This document shows, piece by piece, positions 28,587-38,265 of a stretch of DNA of 64,000 nucleotides. The notes under the pieces are model-generated. The model made no database searches, was not told the DNA's origin, and was given only the letters and a program-made list of their open reading frames with translations. A program made the translations under genes and the position numbers. Origin of the DNA: Candidatus Poribacteria bacterium (GTDB taxonomy: Bacteria > Poribacteria > WGA-4E > PCPOR2b). The DNA lies in assembly GCA_965215015.1 (NCBI GenBank), contig OZ244042.1, positions 5,632,001-5,696,000 on the forward strand, written 5' to 3'. Position 1 is the stretch's first letter. Each line of letters starts with the position of its first letter.

Positions 28587-31469
28587 ATTTTCCGCGCCCT
28601 CCACAATTTTGATGGTGAGCTGCTGTTGGGTGTCCCTTGTCGATAGATTCGAGTTGTAACTGATGATTGCCTCCAAAAGCGACTTTTCATCAGCCCCCTG
28701 TGGACTCATTTCAATGAGAGCTTGGATGACGGACTTAAAGAGGGCGTTCTCTCGCAGGCCATGCTCGGTGAGATAGATGTTGATTAGCGTTTTGTCGCCA
28801 GCCTGCCAGAGATTCATGATTCTGTGAACCGTGTCTATCATCGGAAGCCCTCCAGAGGGGTGAGGTTGTCCCACCCGATCGGAATTTCGATCGGTGTGTC
28901 CCAACAGGCGGAATGCACTGCCCGAGGAGGCCTCCAAAATGCCGATTCGGGCCGCTGTCAAATCGTCAAGCGATAACCCATACCCCTGCGCCAATAGGAT
29001 GCACTCGCCCACCGGTGCCTTTTCCGCACCGAAATGGTTCATGTGCATCAGGTAGTACCGGGTCCATTCGTCCAACGCTTCCGTGCTCGCGCCGTGCAGC
29101 AGCTGCCCCAACGCAAAATCAGTGACAATGCGCCGGACCTCCGTGAGAAATTCTGATACCGTGAAGGCACCACCCCCCATGCGTCGGACCTCTTTGTAGC
29201 TGGAATAGCTTTCCAATACGGACCCGATTGCCGCCCAAACGAAGTCAGGCCCTTGAATTCCCGCGTCCCAGAAATACCGCAGGCGTTCGGTGATTCGTCC
29301 CTGCATCTCGGACCTGACTTTGGTGTAATAACCGACTCGCGCACTCGTGGGACGCTTTCGGCAGACGAACCAAAGTGGCACAGCGGAGTTCATTCCCCGA
29401 ACTCGGTTTTCTGTATCAATTGGCCATGATGCGGTTACAATAAAACCTGCCCCAATAATCGCTTCCAGCAATGTTGCCCATGCGTCCGGTTCTTTGTGAG
29501 CAAAAACGATGACTAAAAGTGCATCATCAGCCAGGGCGTGATATGCTTTCTCAAAAGCTTTTGTCATACCGTGTGTGTAATATGCTTTCGCCTTATCTTC
29601 AGAGCCACCGAACCGCGCGGTATGCTGAATTAACTCTTCCTGCTTTGGTACGACGGAATCAGCGGTTTGAGAATCAAGTGTTTCTGGAATAAATCCATTT
29701 CTTTTGTTCCAGACGAAAAAAAAGTCGGAGGTATCCGCATAAGGAATCATATCGTAGTATGGGGGATCTGTTACGATTAAATCCACGTTAGACGGAAATG
29801 TGGTCTTAAGGACATCTTCGCAATTTACCAACGGTAGGGGGGCACCGATATGTGGCCAGTAAAATAAGCGAGACAATACTCGACTCTGCAATGTTCGATG
29901 GCTCTGATATGAACTAACCGATTCGCCAACCGTGTTTGTTTCAACGTAATCCCAAGTAATTGGAATCCTTGCAGCGACAAACAAGGGACCAACCCCTTCA
30001 ACATTCGGTCGCCATTTTGTACCAGTACAATTGTACTCCGCGACTTTGTTAACCAGAAGTGCGAGGTATGCCGATACTGCTTCGATCCACTCCGATGAAT
30101 AGCTGAACCTCTCCATCTTTCCCCGCGCTGCTCGGGTCCATTTCACAAATGTCATCAACGCCAACAACTGCCGGGATGTGAACAGATCCGACCATTTCTT
30201 AAAGCCGTAGAGTGGAACACGAAATCCAAGTGTTTCAGGTCCGGGTATTGGTTCATCGGGTATCCCGTGCGGAATCTGATCTGCAAGCGTCCCCAATGTT
30301 TCTTCTGACACCTCCGCTGCGTCAATCTCCGCCTGTGTGGGTGGACGATATTCTTTGCCATATTCCTCTTGATAAATGACCGTTGTCATCTGTGCCTTGA
30401 GTTTGCCCTCATGCCCGCACCGCTTAATGTAGGCCCCCGGCTGCTGTGAACCACAAAATGGACAGGTCGCTGTCGCACGAGACATCGTGGGATCCTCAAC
30501 ATCGTATGTGTCTTTCGGCACGACAACCTGAAATCGGACTCGCTTTGTCTCCAGATCTGGACAGAGCCTGAGCGCGCGCCTGCTATTGATGATGACTTTG
30601 GTCTGATTTTTCGTCGTTTTGAGTCGGAGAAAGTCAGGCCGCTTTCGATTTTTGGGGGTGTCATCAAGGGTTTTCTCCTCCTTCTTGCAGACCCACAGCG
30701 TCTTGAGCAGCGGAATTAGGCCGCCACACCTCGGATCTTGACACGGAATCGTTCTCGCCCAGAGATAGGCGCCCGTCGGCTTGTCGTCAACTACGGGATA
30801 ATATTGATTAAGGTCGCGGCGGGCATTTTCCAAAACCCACTGCCCCCACAAGCGGACATGATCGGCAAGATCGCCCTTGTTCAAGTCGAGGTATTTATCA
30901 AGATTGAGATCCGGAGGTGGATGGGTTTTCCCGGCGAGGCGTTGTGGATATTCGAGTGTACATTTGAGAATAAACCACGCCACCGGGTTATAGTCGTTTG
31001 CTATCACCTTGCAGCCGAGCCGCATCGCCTCAAGCGGAATCGCGCCACCGCCCGCAAACATATCCATTACCTTCGGTGGATGTCCATTGTATGCTATCTG
31101 AATGAGCTCTCTGGCGATTCGCAGCGTATTGAGATACCGTCCCTTTTGGTCTTTATGGTCCCAATCACCATCCCCATTTTCATTGCCCCACCGCGTCAAC
31201 GAGCCAATCAGATAACAGAGATAGTCGCGCTGTTTGTCAGGCAACGGTGACCCGGCAAGCCGGGTGTATTCCGCCTTCATTGTTTCAGGAGCATCGGCAG
31301 GATCGGGGAGGAGTGCCGCTAGTGTTACCGCTCTACAAACAGCGAGGGGCCGTCTCGCAGGCCAATAATGCAAGCTGTTTGGCTTTCCTTGGCTAATGTA
31401 TTGTTCCATCCTTGAGTCTTTGGATACCTTTTGTAGTGGAAAAGCTTCCTCGATGAGTCTACGTGGCAT
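28581..31469 (-). CDS. DUF1156-containing adenine-specific DNA methyltransferase
   Basis: LHYWPARRPL, DMFAGGGAIPLEA, CxxxxC...CxxC, TDPPYY, FAHK, SWPI. Confidence 0.9.
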   Translation of the reverse strand: MPRRLIEEAFPLQKVSKDSRMEQYISQGKPNSLHYWPARRPLAVCRAVTLAALLPDPADAPETMKAEYTRLAGSPLPDKQRDYLCYLIGSLTRWGNENGDGDWDHKDQKGRYLNTLRIARELIQIAYNGHPPKVMDMFAGGGAIPLEAMRLGCKVIANDYNPVAWFILKCTLEYPQRLAGKTHPPPDLNLDKYLDLNKGDLADHVRLWGQWVLENARRDLNQYYPVVDDKPTGAYLWARTIPCQDPRCGGLIPLLKTLWVCKKEEKTLDDTPKNRKRPDFLRLKTTKNQTKVIINSRRALRLCPDLETKRVRFQVVVPKDTYDVEDPTMSRATATCPFCGSQQPGAYIKRCGHEGKLKAQMTTVIYQEEYGKEYRPPTQAEIDAAEVSEETLGTLADQIPHGIPDEPIPGPETLGFRVPLYGFKKWSDLFTSRQLLALMTFVKWTRAARGKMERFSYSSEWIEAVSAYLALLVNKVAEYNCTGTKWRPNVEGVGPLFVAARIPITWDYVETNTVGESVSSYQSHRTLQSRVLSRLFYWPHIGAPLPLVNCEDVLKTTFPSNVDLIVTDPPYYDMIPYADTSDFFFVWNKRNGFIPETLDSQTADSVVPKQEELIQHTARFGGSEDKAKAYYTHGMTKAFEKAYHALADDALLVIVFAHKEPDAWATLLEAIIGAGFIVTASWPIDTENRVRGMNSAVPLWFVCRKRPTSARVGYYTKVRSEMQGRITERLRYFWDAGIQGPDFVWAAIGSVLESYSSYKEVRRMGGGAFTVSEFLTEVRRIVTDFALGQLLHGASTEALDEWTRYYLMHMNHFGAEKAPVGECILLAQGYGLSLDDLTAARIGILEASSGSAFRLLGHTDRNSDRVGQPHPSGGLPMIDTVHRIMNLWQAGDKTLINIYLTEHGLRENALFKSVIQALIEMSPQGADEKSLLEAIISYNSNLSTRDTQQQLTIKIVEGAENV

Positions 31470-31540
31470 TTTCGTTTTTTCCTTCCTGACCTAAATTCGC
31501 GCAGTTTGTCAACAAGAACATCTTGCGTTCATGTTAGGAG

Positions 31541-31738
31541 TTACGCACTTGAGTTTATAGGCGCGCGTCCATTGCGCCCCATGTTTAAGAAATCGAAATT
31601 CACCAAGAGATCCAGATCACTGTCCGCGTGGAAATTGCCCCGCGCGTATGAACCGAAGATTTCTTTAATCTCGGCTTTATATCTACGGCGAATTTCGTCG
31701 TTCACTGCTGCGGTTGTGCTTTGAATCCTTGCGATCAT
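31541..31738 (-). pseudogene. Truncated minimal nucleotidyltransferase (MNT antitoxin-like)
   Basis: IFGSYARG...DSDLDLLV, then divergent short tail; no HEPN partner. Confidence 0.7.
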
Positions 31739-31758
31739 GACAAAACCTCTTTGATGGT

Positions 31759-32470
31759 TTCACTTACCCCCATTTTTTTAGAGGTGTCATGATAGTATAC
31801 AATTGTCAGAATCTTGATTTACCAGATTGTATGATTTTCAGGAAATTTTGATGCTGCCCTTTCTATCCTGTTTATCCTTCCATCCTGAAAATCCTGATTC
31901 AGCACACCGATTCACATAGCCTCCTTATCTAATTCAGGCATTTGCCGCCGCTGTCAGAATCCGGATTCACCAGATTCTATGATTCCCAGGAAATTTTGAT
32001 GCTGCCCTTTCTATCCTGTTTATCCTTCCAGCCTCGAAATCCTGATTCAGCACACCGATTCAAAGACTGTCAGAATCCGGATTCACCAGATTCTATGATT
32101 CCCAGGAGTTTTTGATGCTGCCCTTTCTATCCTGTTTATCCTTCCAGCCTCGAAATCCTGATTCAGCACACCGATTCAAAGACTGTCAGAATCCGGATTC
32201 ACCAGATTCTATGATTCCCAGGAAATTTTGATGCTGCCCTTTCTATCCTGTTTATCCTTCCAGCCTGAAAATCCTGATTCAGCACACCGATTCACATAGC
32301 CTCCTTATCTAATTCAGGCATTTGCCGCCGCTGTCAGAATCCGGATTCACCAGATTCTATGATTCCCAGGAAATTTTGATGCTGCCCTTTCTATCCTGTT
32401 TATCCTTCCAGCCTGAAAATCCTGATTCAGACATTTTCCGCCACTGTCAGAATCTGGATTTACCAGATTC
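31759..32470. repeat. MITE left-end fragment fused to second tandem array (units 148/116/116/148/113 bp + partial)
   Basis: TTCACTTACCCCCATTTTTT at 31759; units at 31804, 31952, 32068, 32184, 32332, 32445. Confidence 0.93.
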
Positions 32471-32627
32471 TAAATTCGCGCAGTTTGTCAACAAGAACAT
32501 CTTGCGTTCATGTGATGTTCATTGATAAAGACTTCCACGAGCGGCCTGTCGATTAAATATCTCTACTGCCACCATGAATTTGTCTCTGACTTGCCCCTAG
32601 TTTGTGCTGAAAGGGTATCATCAGTAG

Positions 32628-32876
32628 TTTTGGTGAGAAAGTCCGGTCGGGGGGATACGCTGACACACTCCCCGTTTCATAGGAGTTTCTCACACCGTAC
32701 TTTCGACCTGGTGTCGGACGAGAATCAAACCGAACCCAAAGAACGGCTCGGCAGGTCTTGGACTCTCGTGTAGCAGAGTGCCTTGCCATCCCGCACACTC
32801 ACCCTCAATCAAACGCTCCTATGAAAGTGGTGCTGATAATAAAAAAGGAGAAACGAAAATCTGCTCCCCCTTTTTG
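32628..32876 (+). ncRNA. Candidate structured non-coding RNA
   Basis: Several complementary segments, upstream TATCAT, downstream terminator; no convincing ORF; strand uncertain. Confidence 0.4.
32841..32875. terminator. Bidirectional intrinsic terminator
   Basis: AAAAAAGGAG...CTCCCCCTTTTT, just downstream of the 32896 gene. Confidence 0.65.
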
Positions 32877-32895
32877 AATCTTCGGTCCGCAGCTC

Positions 32896-33741
32896 TTAAC
32901 GTACATACTCCGCTCCACGATGCGTCATGAGCCACTGTTTCAACGGGACATCCTCATCGGTTGGCTGCCACCAGCCTTTGATGTCTACCCCATCCCCAAG
33001 TAGTTGCCGGCGGATCGGATCACATTTGGCGAGGAGCTCAGGCGGCATCACATTGTAGTCAAGCCCACGCAACCAGCGATAACTGTAGCCGATGAACAAC
33101 ACCTTCCGCGTTACGTCCGAAAAATTCCAACCGCGGGAGTGCCATAACCGGCGGTCAAATAGTACCGCTGTTCCCGGTTTAATCTGCAACTCGATTGCAT
33201 CGTCCGGATCGCCTTCTAGATCGCTTTGAGGGGGGCGTTCGTCGAGTTTGTGGCTGCCGGGAACGATTCGCATCGCGCCCCGATCCGGGCCCCTTACATC
33301 ACTGAACCAATAACTCACTTTGAGAGAGAGTCGGGGGTGCGGCCGCTCCATTTCTTGCACAGGTCTGCCCCCGTCCTGATGCCACCCCGCCCCCTTTCGG
33401 GTTCGCTGTACGTCCGGTCCCTCCGGTGGATAAACGATGAGATGAGAGATGTAAAGTTGGATGTTCCAACCAAGGATATCCCACAGCAACGGGAATACCT
33501 TCGGGTTGTCAAGCAACTCAAGGAACAGATCATCTTCAGCGACAGTGCGAAATTTTTTCATTAGGTCGTGTGGGCCAAGTCCCTGCCTTTTTCGTTCCTC
33601 TGCATCAATTCGATTAATAACGAGGGTCAGTTTGTCAACCATCTCCGGCGATAGAGCCTCCTCGACGATTAAGTAGCCCTCGTCGTTAAACGTCCGGAGT
33701 TGTTCATCAGTAGCGCAGTATTTTAGCCATTCTTTGTCCAT
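32896..33741 (-). CDS. PhyH-family Fe(II)/2OG dioxygenase
   Basis: WHQD, IVPGSH, RLWHS, TRKVLF. Confidence 0.9.
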   Translation of the reverse strand: MDKEWLKYCATDEQLRTFNDEGYLIVEEALSPEMVDKLTLVINRIDAEERKRQGLGPHDLMKKFRTVAEDDLFLELLDNPKVFPLLWDILGWNIQLYISHLIVYPPEGPDVQRTRKGAGWHQDGGRPVQEMERPHPRLSLKVSYWFSDVRGPDRGAMRIVPGSHKLDERPPQSDLEGDPDDAIELQIKPGTAVLFDRRLWHSRGWNFSDVTRKVLFIGYSYRWLRGLDYNVMPPELLAKCDPIRRQLLGDGVDIKGWWQPTDEDVPLKQWLMTHRGAEYVR

Positions 33742-33936
33742 GTCTCGCTCCTTTCAACTGAACTTTCTCAGAAGGTTAGTTATGTAAGCGCAGATCAAAG
33801 GTCTCACACTTTCGCAAAGTGCTTTTGGCAATAATATCAATAAGGGGACAAAAATTCAACCTTTTTCGTTTGATTGTATAATGCCATCTTGATAAAATGG
33901 GACATAGCACAATATACAGAGCATAGGAAGTTCCTG

Positions 33937-34821
33937 ATGAATACGAAAAAAATTCTGAAAAAAATCCGTCGAATCGAGATTACCACCAACCGACTCGTTA
34001 ACAACATCTTTGCGGGGGAATACGAGAGTGTATTCAAAGGGCGAGGTATGGAGTTTGAGGAGGTGCGTGAATACCAGCCCGGCGACGAGATTCGCACCAT
34101 TGATTGGAACGTGACCGCTCGGATGGGGCAGCCGTACATCAAAAAATATGTTGAGGAACGCGAACTGGTGATGATGCTGCTCGTCGATACCAGTGCCTCT
34201 GCGGACTTTGGGACACATCAACAGACGAAGGCGGAGATTGCGGCGGAAATCTCCGCGCTGCTCGCTTTTTCTGCTATCAAAAACAGCGACAAGGTCGGGT
34301 TGATCTGCTTCACAGACGATGTGGAGTTATTTGTTCCACCGCGTAAGGGAGTGAAGCACGTCCTGCGCGTGGTCCGGGAGATTCTATACTTTGCACCCCA
34401 GCAGCGGGGAACGAACATCAGTGCTGCCTTGGAGTACGTTGACCGCGTCATTCGACGAAAGAGCGTTGTATTCCTAATCTCCGACTTCAGGGATCAGGGG
34501 TACGAAAAACGATTGCAGGTAACGAGCAAACGCCATGACCTCATCGCGATTACGCTCCAAGATATGCGGGAGGAAACTTTGCCAAATATGGGGTTGATTG
34601 CACTTGAGGATGCAGAGACTGGTGAGGTGGTTGTCTTAGACACGCGGGAGGCGAAGGCGCGAGAGATGTATCGGCAACTCAATCTCAGTGTCGTTGAAGC
34701 GCGTCGAAAATTCTTCCAATCGAACAAAATCGACAACATTGAGATTCGGACGGAGCAATCTTACGTTGAGCCGTTGATTCGCTTCTTTCGACAACGTGCT
34801 GTGCGAGAGTCGTTTAATTAG
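33937..34821 (+). CDS. DUF58 (VWA-like, MoxR-associated) protein
   Basis: FEEVREYQPGDEIRTIDWNVTAR, DTSAS, LISDF. Confidence 0.93.
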   Translation: MNTKKILKKIRRIEITTNRLVNNIFAGEYESVFKGRGMEFEEVREYQPGDEIRTIDWNVTARMGQPYIKKYVEERELVMMLLVDTSASADFGTHQQTKAEIAAEISALLAFSAIKNSDKVGLICFTDDVELFVPPRKGVKHVLRVVREILYFAPQQRGTNISAALEYVDRVIRRKSVVFLISDFRDQGYEKRLQVTSKRHDLIAITLQDMREETLPNMGLIALEDAETGEVVVLDTREAKAREMYRQLNLSVVEARRKFFQSNKIDNIEIRTEQSYVEPLIRFFRQRAVRESFN

Positions 34822-34996
34822 TTCATTGGTTCATTGCACCATCACGAGACAAACAAGAAAACGAGAGAATGAGAAAACCAGACAGCTTCATATCCCGTTT
34901 TCCGGTTTTCTTTTTTTCTCTGTGTTTATGTACTATCTGCGATCGGCTTTCCAGTCTTCGCGTTTCACTTTATCAACAAATGGAGGAGCAACAACC

Positions 34997-36277
34997 ATGT
35001 CTAATAAACAACAATCTTCTGTCGGTAGTGAAAATAAAACAAGCACCGCAGTCAAACCGCCGGACTATGTTGCCCAAGCACAAGCTCGCGCAGCAGAATG
35101 GAAGGATCGAGCGAAAACCCGGCACAAAATTGTGGGGATTCGGACTTGGCACGTTAACCTAAATCCTGCCGCGATGTCATCAATGGCATATTCGCAAGTG
35201 GGTAGGCAAGTCCAGATGCCACCTGAGCCGAGGAACGTCCATGTTGATTGGCGCGGCCCCTTTGCCACACAAGCAGGTGCACTGATGGTGGAGATTACAA
35301 CCGACAAGGGGTTGAAAGGCTATGGACTTGGCGGTGGTGGGCTTGCCGGGGCAATTATCATTGATCGCCATATTAAATATTTCACGCTGGAGCGCGATCC
35401 GCTTGATGTGGAGGAGATTTGGGACACCCTCTATCACATCACGTCGATTTATGGACGACGAGGGGTTGTCATCTATGCCCTTAGTGGTATCGAACTGGCC
35501 CTGTGGGATCTTTGTGGCAAGATTCTGGACGCGCCGGTCTATCGCTTAATCACGGACAAGCCACAACTCGAGATACCGGCGTATGCCACTGGCGTGGATG
35601 TCGGTTACTACGCCGCGCAGGGGTTTACCGCCTGTAAGCCGGGGCTCCGAAATGGGCTTGCGGAAGGGGAGGAGGGCTTTGCGAAGAATCTTGAGATTAT
35701 CCGCGAGGCGCGTCAGGCGATTGGACCCGATATTGAACTCATGGCGGACATCTATCTCCGATGGGACGTGGATTATACGCTTCGTTTCGCTGAGGCTGCC
35801 GCTGATGTCAATCTTAAGTGGATTGAGGAAGCCATCCCATTGGACGATTATGCGGGCATGGCGCGGTTGGTTCAAGAAATTGATTCCACTTGGATCGTTT
35901 CCGGCGAACACGAGTTTACCCGATACGGGTTTCGCGAGCTGCTGCGCTGGAAAGCTGCTCACATGATTCAACCCGATATCAGTTGGGCGGGTGGGTTCGG
36001 CGAATGCCTCAAGATTGCCAATGAGGCAGCGGCGCAGGGGGTCCCGACTTGGCCCCATCAGGGGGGAACCCCTTGGGGGTTACACCTGATTGCCTGCTTA
36101 CCAATGCCGTGTCGAGCGGAAACCTTCGGTCCGTCACGCAAATCCACGGAGAATGCGCTCTACCACTGCTTGCGCCCTGCTCCCCGCAATGGCTCCTTCA
36201 TGTTGAATGACAACCCTGGATTTGGCGTGGAGATTGATGAAAAACTGTTGGACGCCTACACTATAGACGCTCTGTGA
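34997..36277 (+). CDS. Enolase-superfamily dehydratase (L-rhamnonate dehydratase-like)
   Basis: YGRRG, GIELALWDL, WIEE, SGEHEFTRYGF; ATG after GGAGGAG. Confidence 0.88.
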   Translation: MSNKQQSSVGSENKTSTAVKPPDYVAQAQARAAEWKDRAKTRHKIVGIRTWHVNLNPAAMSSMAYSQVGRQVQMPPEPRNVHVDWRGPFATQAGALMVEITTDKGLKGYGLGGGGLAGAIIIDRHIKYFTLERDPLDVEEIWDTLYHITSIYGRRGVVIYALSGIELALWDLCGKILDAPVYRLITDKPQLEIPAYATGVDVGYYAAQGFTACKPGLRNGLAEGEEGFAKNLEIIREARQAIGPDIELMADIYLRWDVDYTLRFAEAAADVNLKWIEEAIPLDDYAGMARLVQEIDSTWIVSGEHEFTRYGFRELLRWKAAHMIQPDISWAGGFGECLKIANEAAAQGVPTWPHQGGTPWGLHLIACLPMPCRAETFGPSRKSTENALYHCLRPAPRNGSFMLNDNPGFGVEIDEKLLDAYTIDAL

Positions 36278-36379
36278 AAGCGGTTTCTAATTTAACTGAG
36301 GGGTGCACATAAAGTAGTAGACACACTTCGCGTGCCGTAAATCCTACAACCGTTATGGCATATGGCTTGACTAAGACGC

Positions 36380-36524
36380 AACTTCCATTAAACTCCCAAC
36401 CCGAATGGGAAAAACAAAATATCCCTAACCCCATAGGTGGGGCATCTTGCCCCATCTACCGTCTGAGCCCCTTATCTGTATCCGTGCCATCCGCTTCAAC
36501 CGTTGAATCCGTGATTCAGACAAT
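36380..36524. repeat. 145-bp direct repeat, copy 1 (copy 2 at 39254-39398)
   Basis: AACTTCCAT.AAACTCCCAACCCGAATGGG...TGATTCAGACAAT near-identical at both sites. Confidence 0.93.
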
Positions 36525-36636
36525 ACAGAACCGTGAATCCATGATGTTGTAGCGTTGCTCCAACGCAACACAAAATCGGGACTTTGAGCGTTCAACTGCG
36601 TAAGTCCTATAAGGTAAAAACCTCAGCACTTTTCGG

Positions 36637-36927
36637 TTGTTGTCTTTAAATGTCGTTTTATGTTCATCCCTTCGACTTCCATCACCACAAGCATATCAAC
36701 AGGCGATTGTTATCTGGGTTGACATCCAGATTAACACGACTGGAAAATTCGATACCGGGACCAGCGCACTCTCCGGAGGGGTTGACGAATACAAGCGGAT
36801 TTTAATCATTGACGCGCTTGAAAGCACTGGAGACTAGAAGGCTGCGGCGGACCCCCTTGGTGTTCCTGAACCAATGTTGAGATATAAAATGGATAAATAC
36901 AGTATCAAAAGAAGCCAATCCATGTAA
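36637..36927 (+). pseudogene. Remnant C-terminal Fis-type HTH of a sigma54 enhancer-binding protein
   Basis: Reading through TAG 36835-36837 gives VDEYKRILIIDALESTGD*KAAADPLGVPEPMLRYKMDKYSI; AAA+ domain missing. Confidence 0.7.
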
Positions 36928-36929
36928 GT

Positions 36930-37069
36930 TCGCAGAAAGCTGCGATATCGGGGGATTGACGTCGCAGAAAGCTGCGAACCTGCTGGAACGCAGTGGCCAC
37001 AAGGCTTCCGGCGATTATGTGTTGCCTTTAAGCCGATTTTGAGGCAAATCTGAACGCAGAAAGCTGCGA
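36930..37069. promoter_or_regulatory. Three palindromic sites TCGCAG-AAAG-CTGCGA (putative enhancer sites)
   Basis: Copies at 36930, 36962, 37054. Confidence 0.6.
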
Positions 37070-37361
37070 AGTGCCAGGACGGGAAAAGTCAGAAATGAGA
37101 GAAATGGGGTTAGATTCCGCTTAAAATTAAGAATAAATGAGGAGTTATGCCCTTCCGTTTGTAGGCGGACAATTTATTGATCGATTCATCGGGCGGCGTG
37201 AGTTGTGTTATGCGGTAAGGATTTATAGCATTCATGTTTCCAACATGGATGTTAAGGGGTTCAAAGAACCCCTCAAATCCCAGATGAATCGCTGAACTCT
37301 GAGCTTTTGAGTATTTAACGAGGTAAGTTCTAGCCTGAAGAGTCGATTTCATTTACAATGT

Positions 37362-37438
37362 TGGCATGGGTCTTGCTTTAAATCAAAATAGGGTAAAGCC
37401 AAGTTATCAACACTGTGAACACTTGGTGAAAAAGAGAA
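37362..37438 (+). promoter_or_regulatory. sigma54 -24/-12 promoter and conserved 38-bp leader
   Basis: TGGCATGGGTCTTGCT (GG-N10-GC); leader 37401-37438 is 34/38 identical to 50882-50919 (reverse complement). Confidence 0.75.
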
Positions 37439-37723
37439 CCACATACTCACTTCCAATCAAAATAATATAGGACTTGTGTACTTCAGGTTGTAGTTGCCCA
37501 ATTCATCGAGCGTTACAGAACGTGTTGTCTAGTTATGAACCACCGAACTACAATACTTTGAGCGTTCAACTGGGATTTGTCGGATTATTAGGGGAGGACC
37601 ATCAAGCCCCTAACAATCTTCCTTCAAAGCCTAACAGGCGGTTATAAACCTGAAGGTTAGAAATCATTTGCGTAAGTCCTATTTCTGTTTTTAGAAAAAC
37701 AATGGCTACAAGGAGAGAAAAAA

Positions 37724-38101
37724 ATGAAGCCGAGAATTTTGATAATCCTCTTATGTCTTGTGGCAACGTTATTTGTTGCGGGACTGTTACTGGCAGTGAC
37801 TCAAACAGATGGCCCTATTATTGGGACTGGAAGTATTTCAAGGTCGAGCGGGCAAGTGAGGGCACATGCATCAGCGAATGCTTCAAACGCAGCTCAAATG
37901 GGTTGGTTTTGGATACATGCACAAGTCCTTCCTTATAATTCGCAGTATCAGGATGTAGATTCTGGACCCATCTCAGGTTACCTATATCAGCGTGTTTACG
38001 TAAGTCGAGCAGGGCAGCCTGAGAGTAACGGGCGAGCATATTGTTCAATGTGGGCATCGTCTAGCGCAGGATACCATAGTGTCCTTATAGACTTGCCCTA
38101 A
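37724..38101 (+). CDS. Small secreted hypothetical protein
   Basis: AGGAGA RBS, signal peptide, Ser/Gly/aromatic-rich mature part. Confidence 0.8.
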   Translation: MKPRILIILLCLVATLFVAGLLLAVTQTDGPIIGTGSISRSSGQVRAHASANASNAAQMGWFWIHAQVLPYNSQYQDVDSGPISGYLYQRVYVSRAGQPESNGRAYCSMWASSSAGYHSVLIDLP

Positions 38102-38265
38102 CCCTCTTCTATACAAGATTAGGCTTCTCAACGTGGGGCGAGGCAGGGGCAGCCGCGTTCCCCTGCTCCCCGCAAGCGAAGGAAATGCTACTTTTTCCAA
38201 TTAAGACTTTCAACCTGCTGGTCACAAACCAGAAGGTTAGAAATCATTTGTAAGGGAGTTCTGTC

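Noticed and set aside
28042-32470. CRISPR array
   Set aside because: Units are 113-148 bp with repeated, non-unique linkers; no cas genes
32633-32660. RNase P RNA (GAGAAAGTCCGG)
   Set aside because: Lacks the GAGGAAAGTCC context and the 3' ACAGAA.CCGGCTTA partner; too short
32745-32770. Cobalamin riboswitch B12 box on minus strand (AGTCCAAGACCTGCC)
   Set aside because: No upstream AGGGAA/ACTG core and no downstream gene in a suitable position
36835-36837. Pyrrolysine read-through of TAG
   Set aside because: Position fits Gln in Fis HTHs and the gene lacks its AAA+ domain; simple pseudogenisation is more likely
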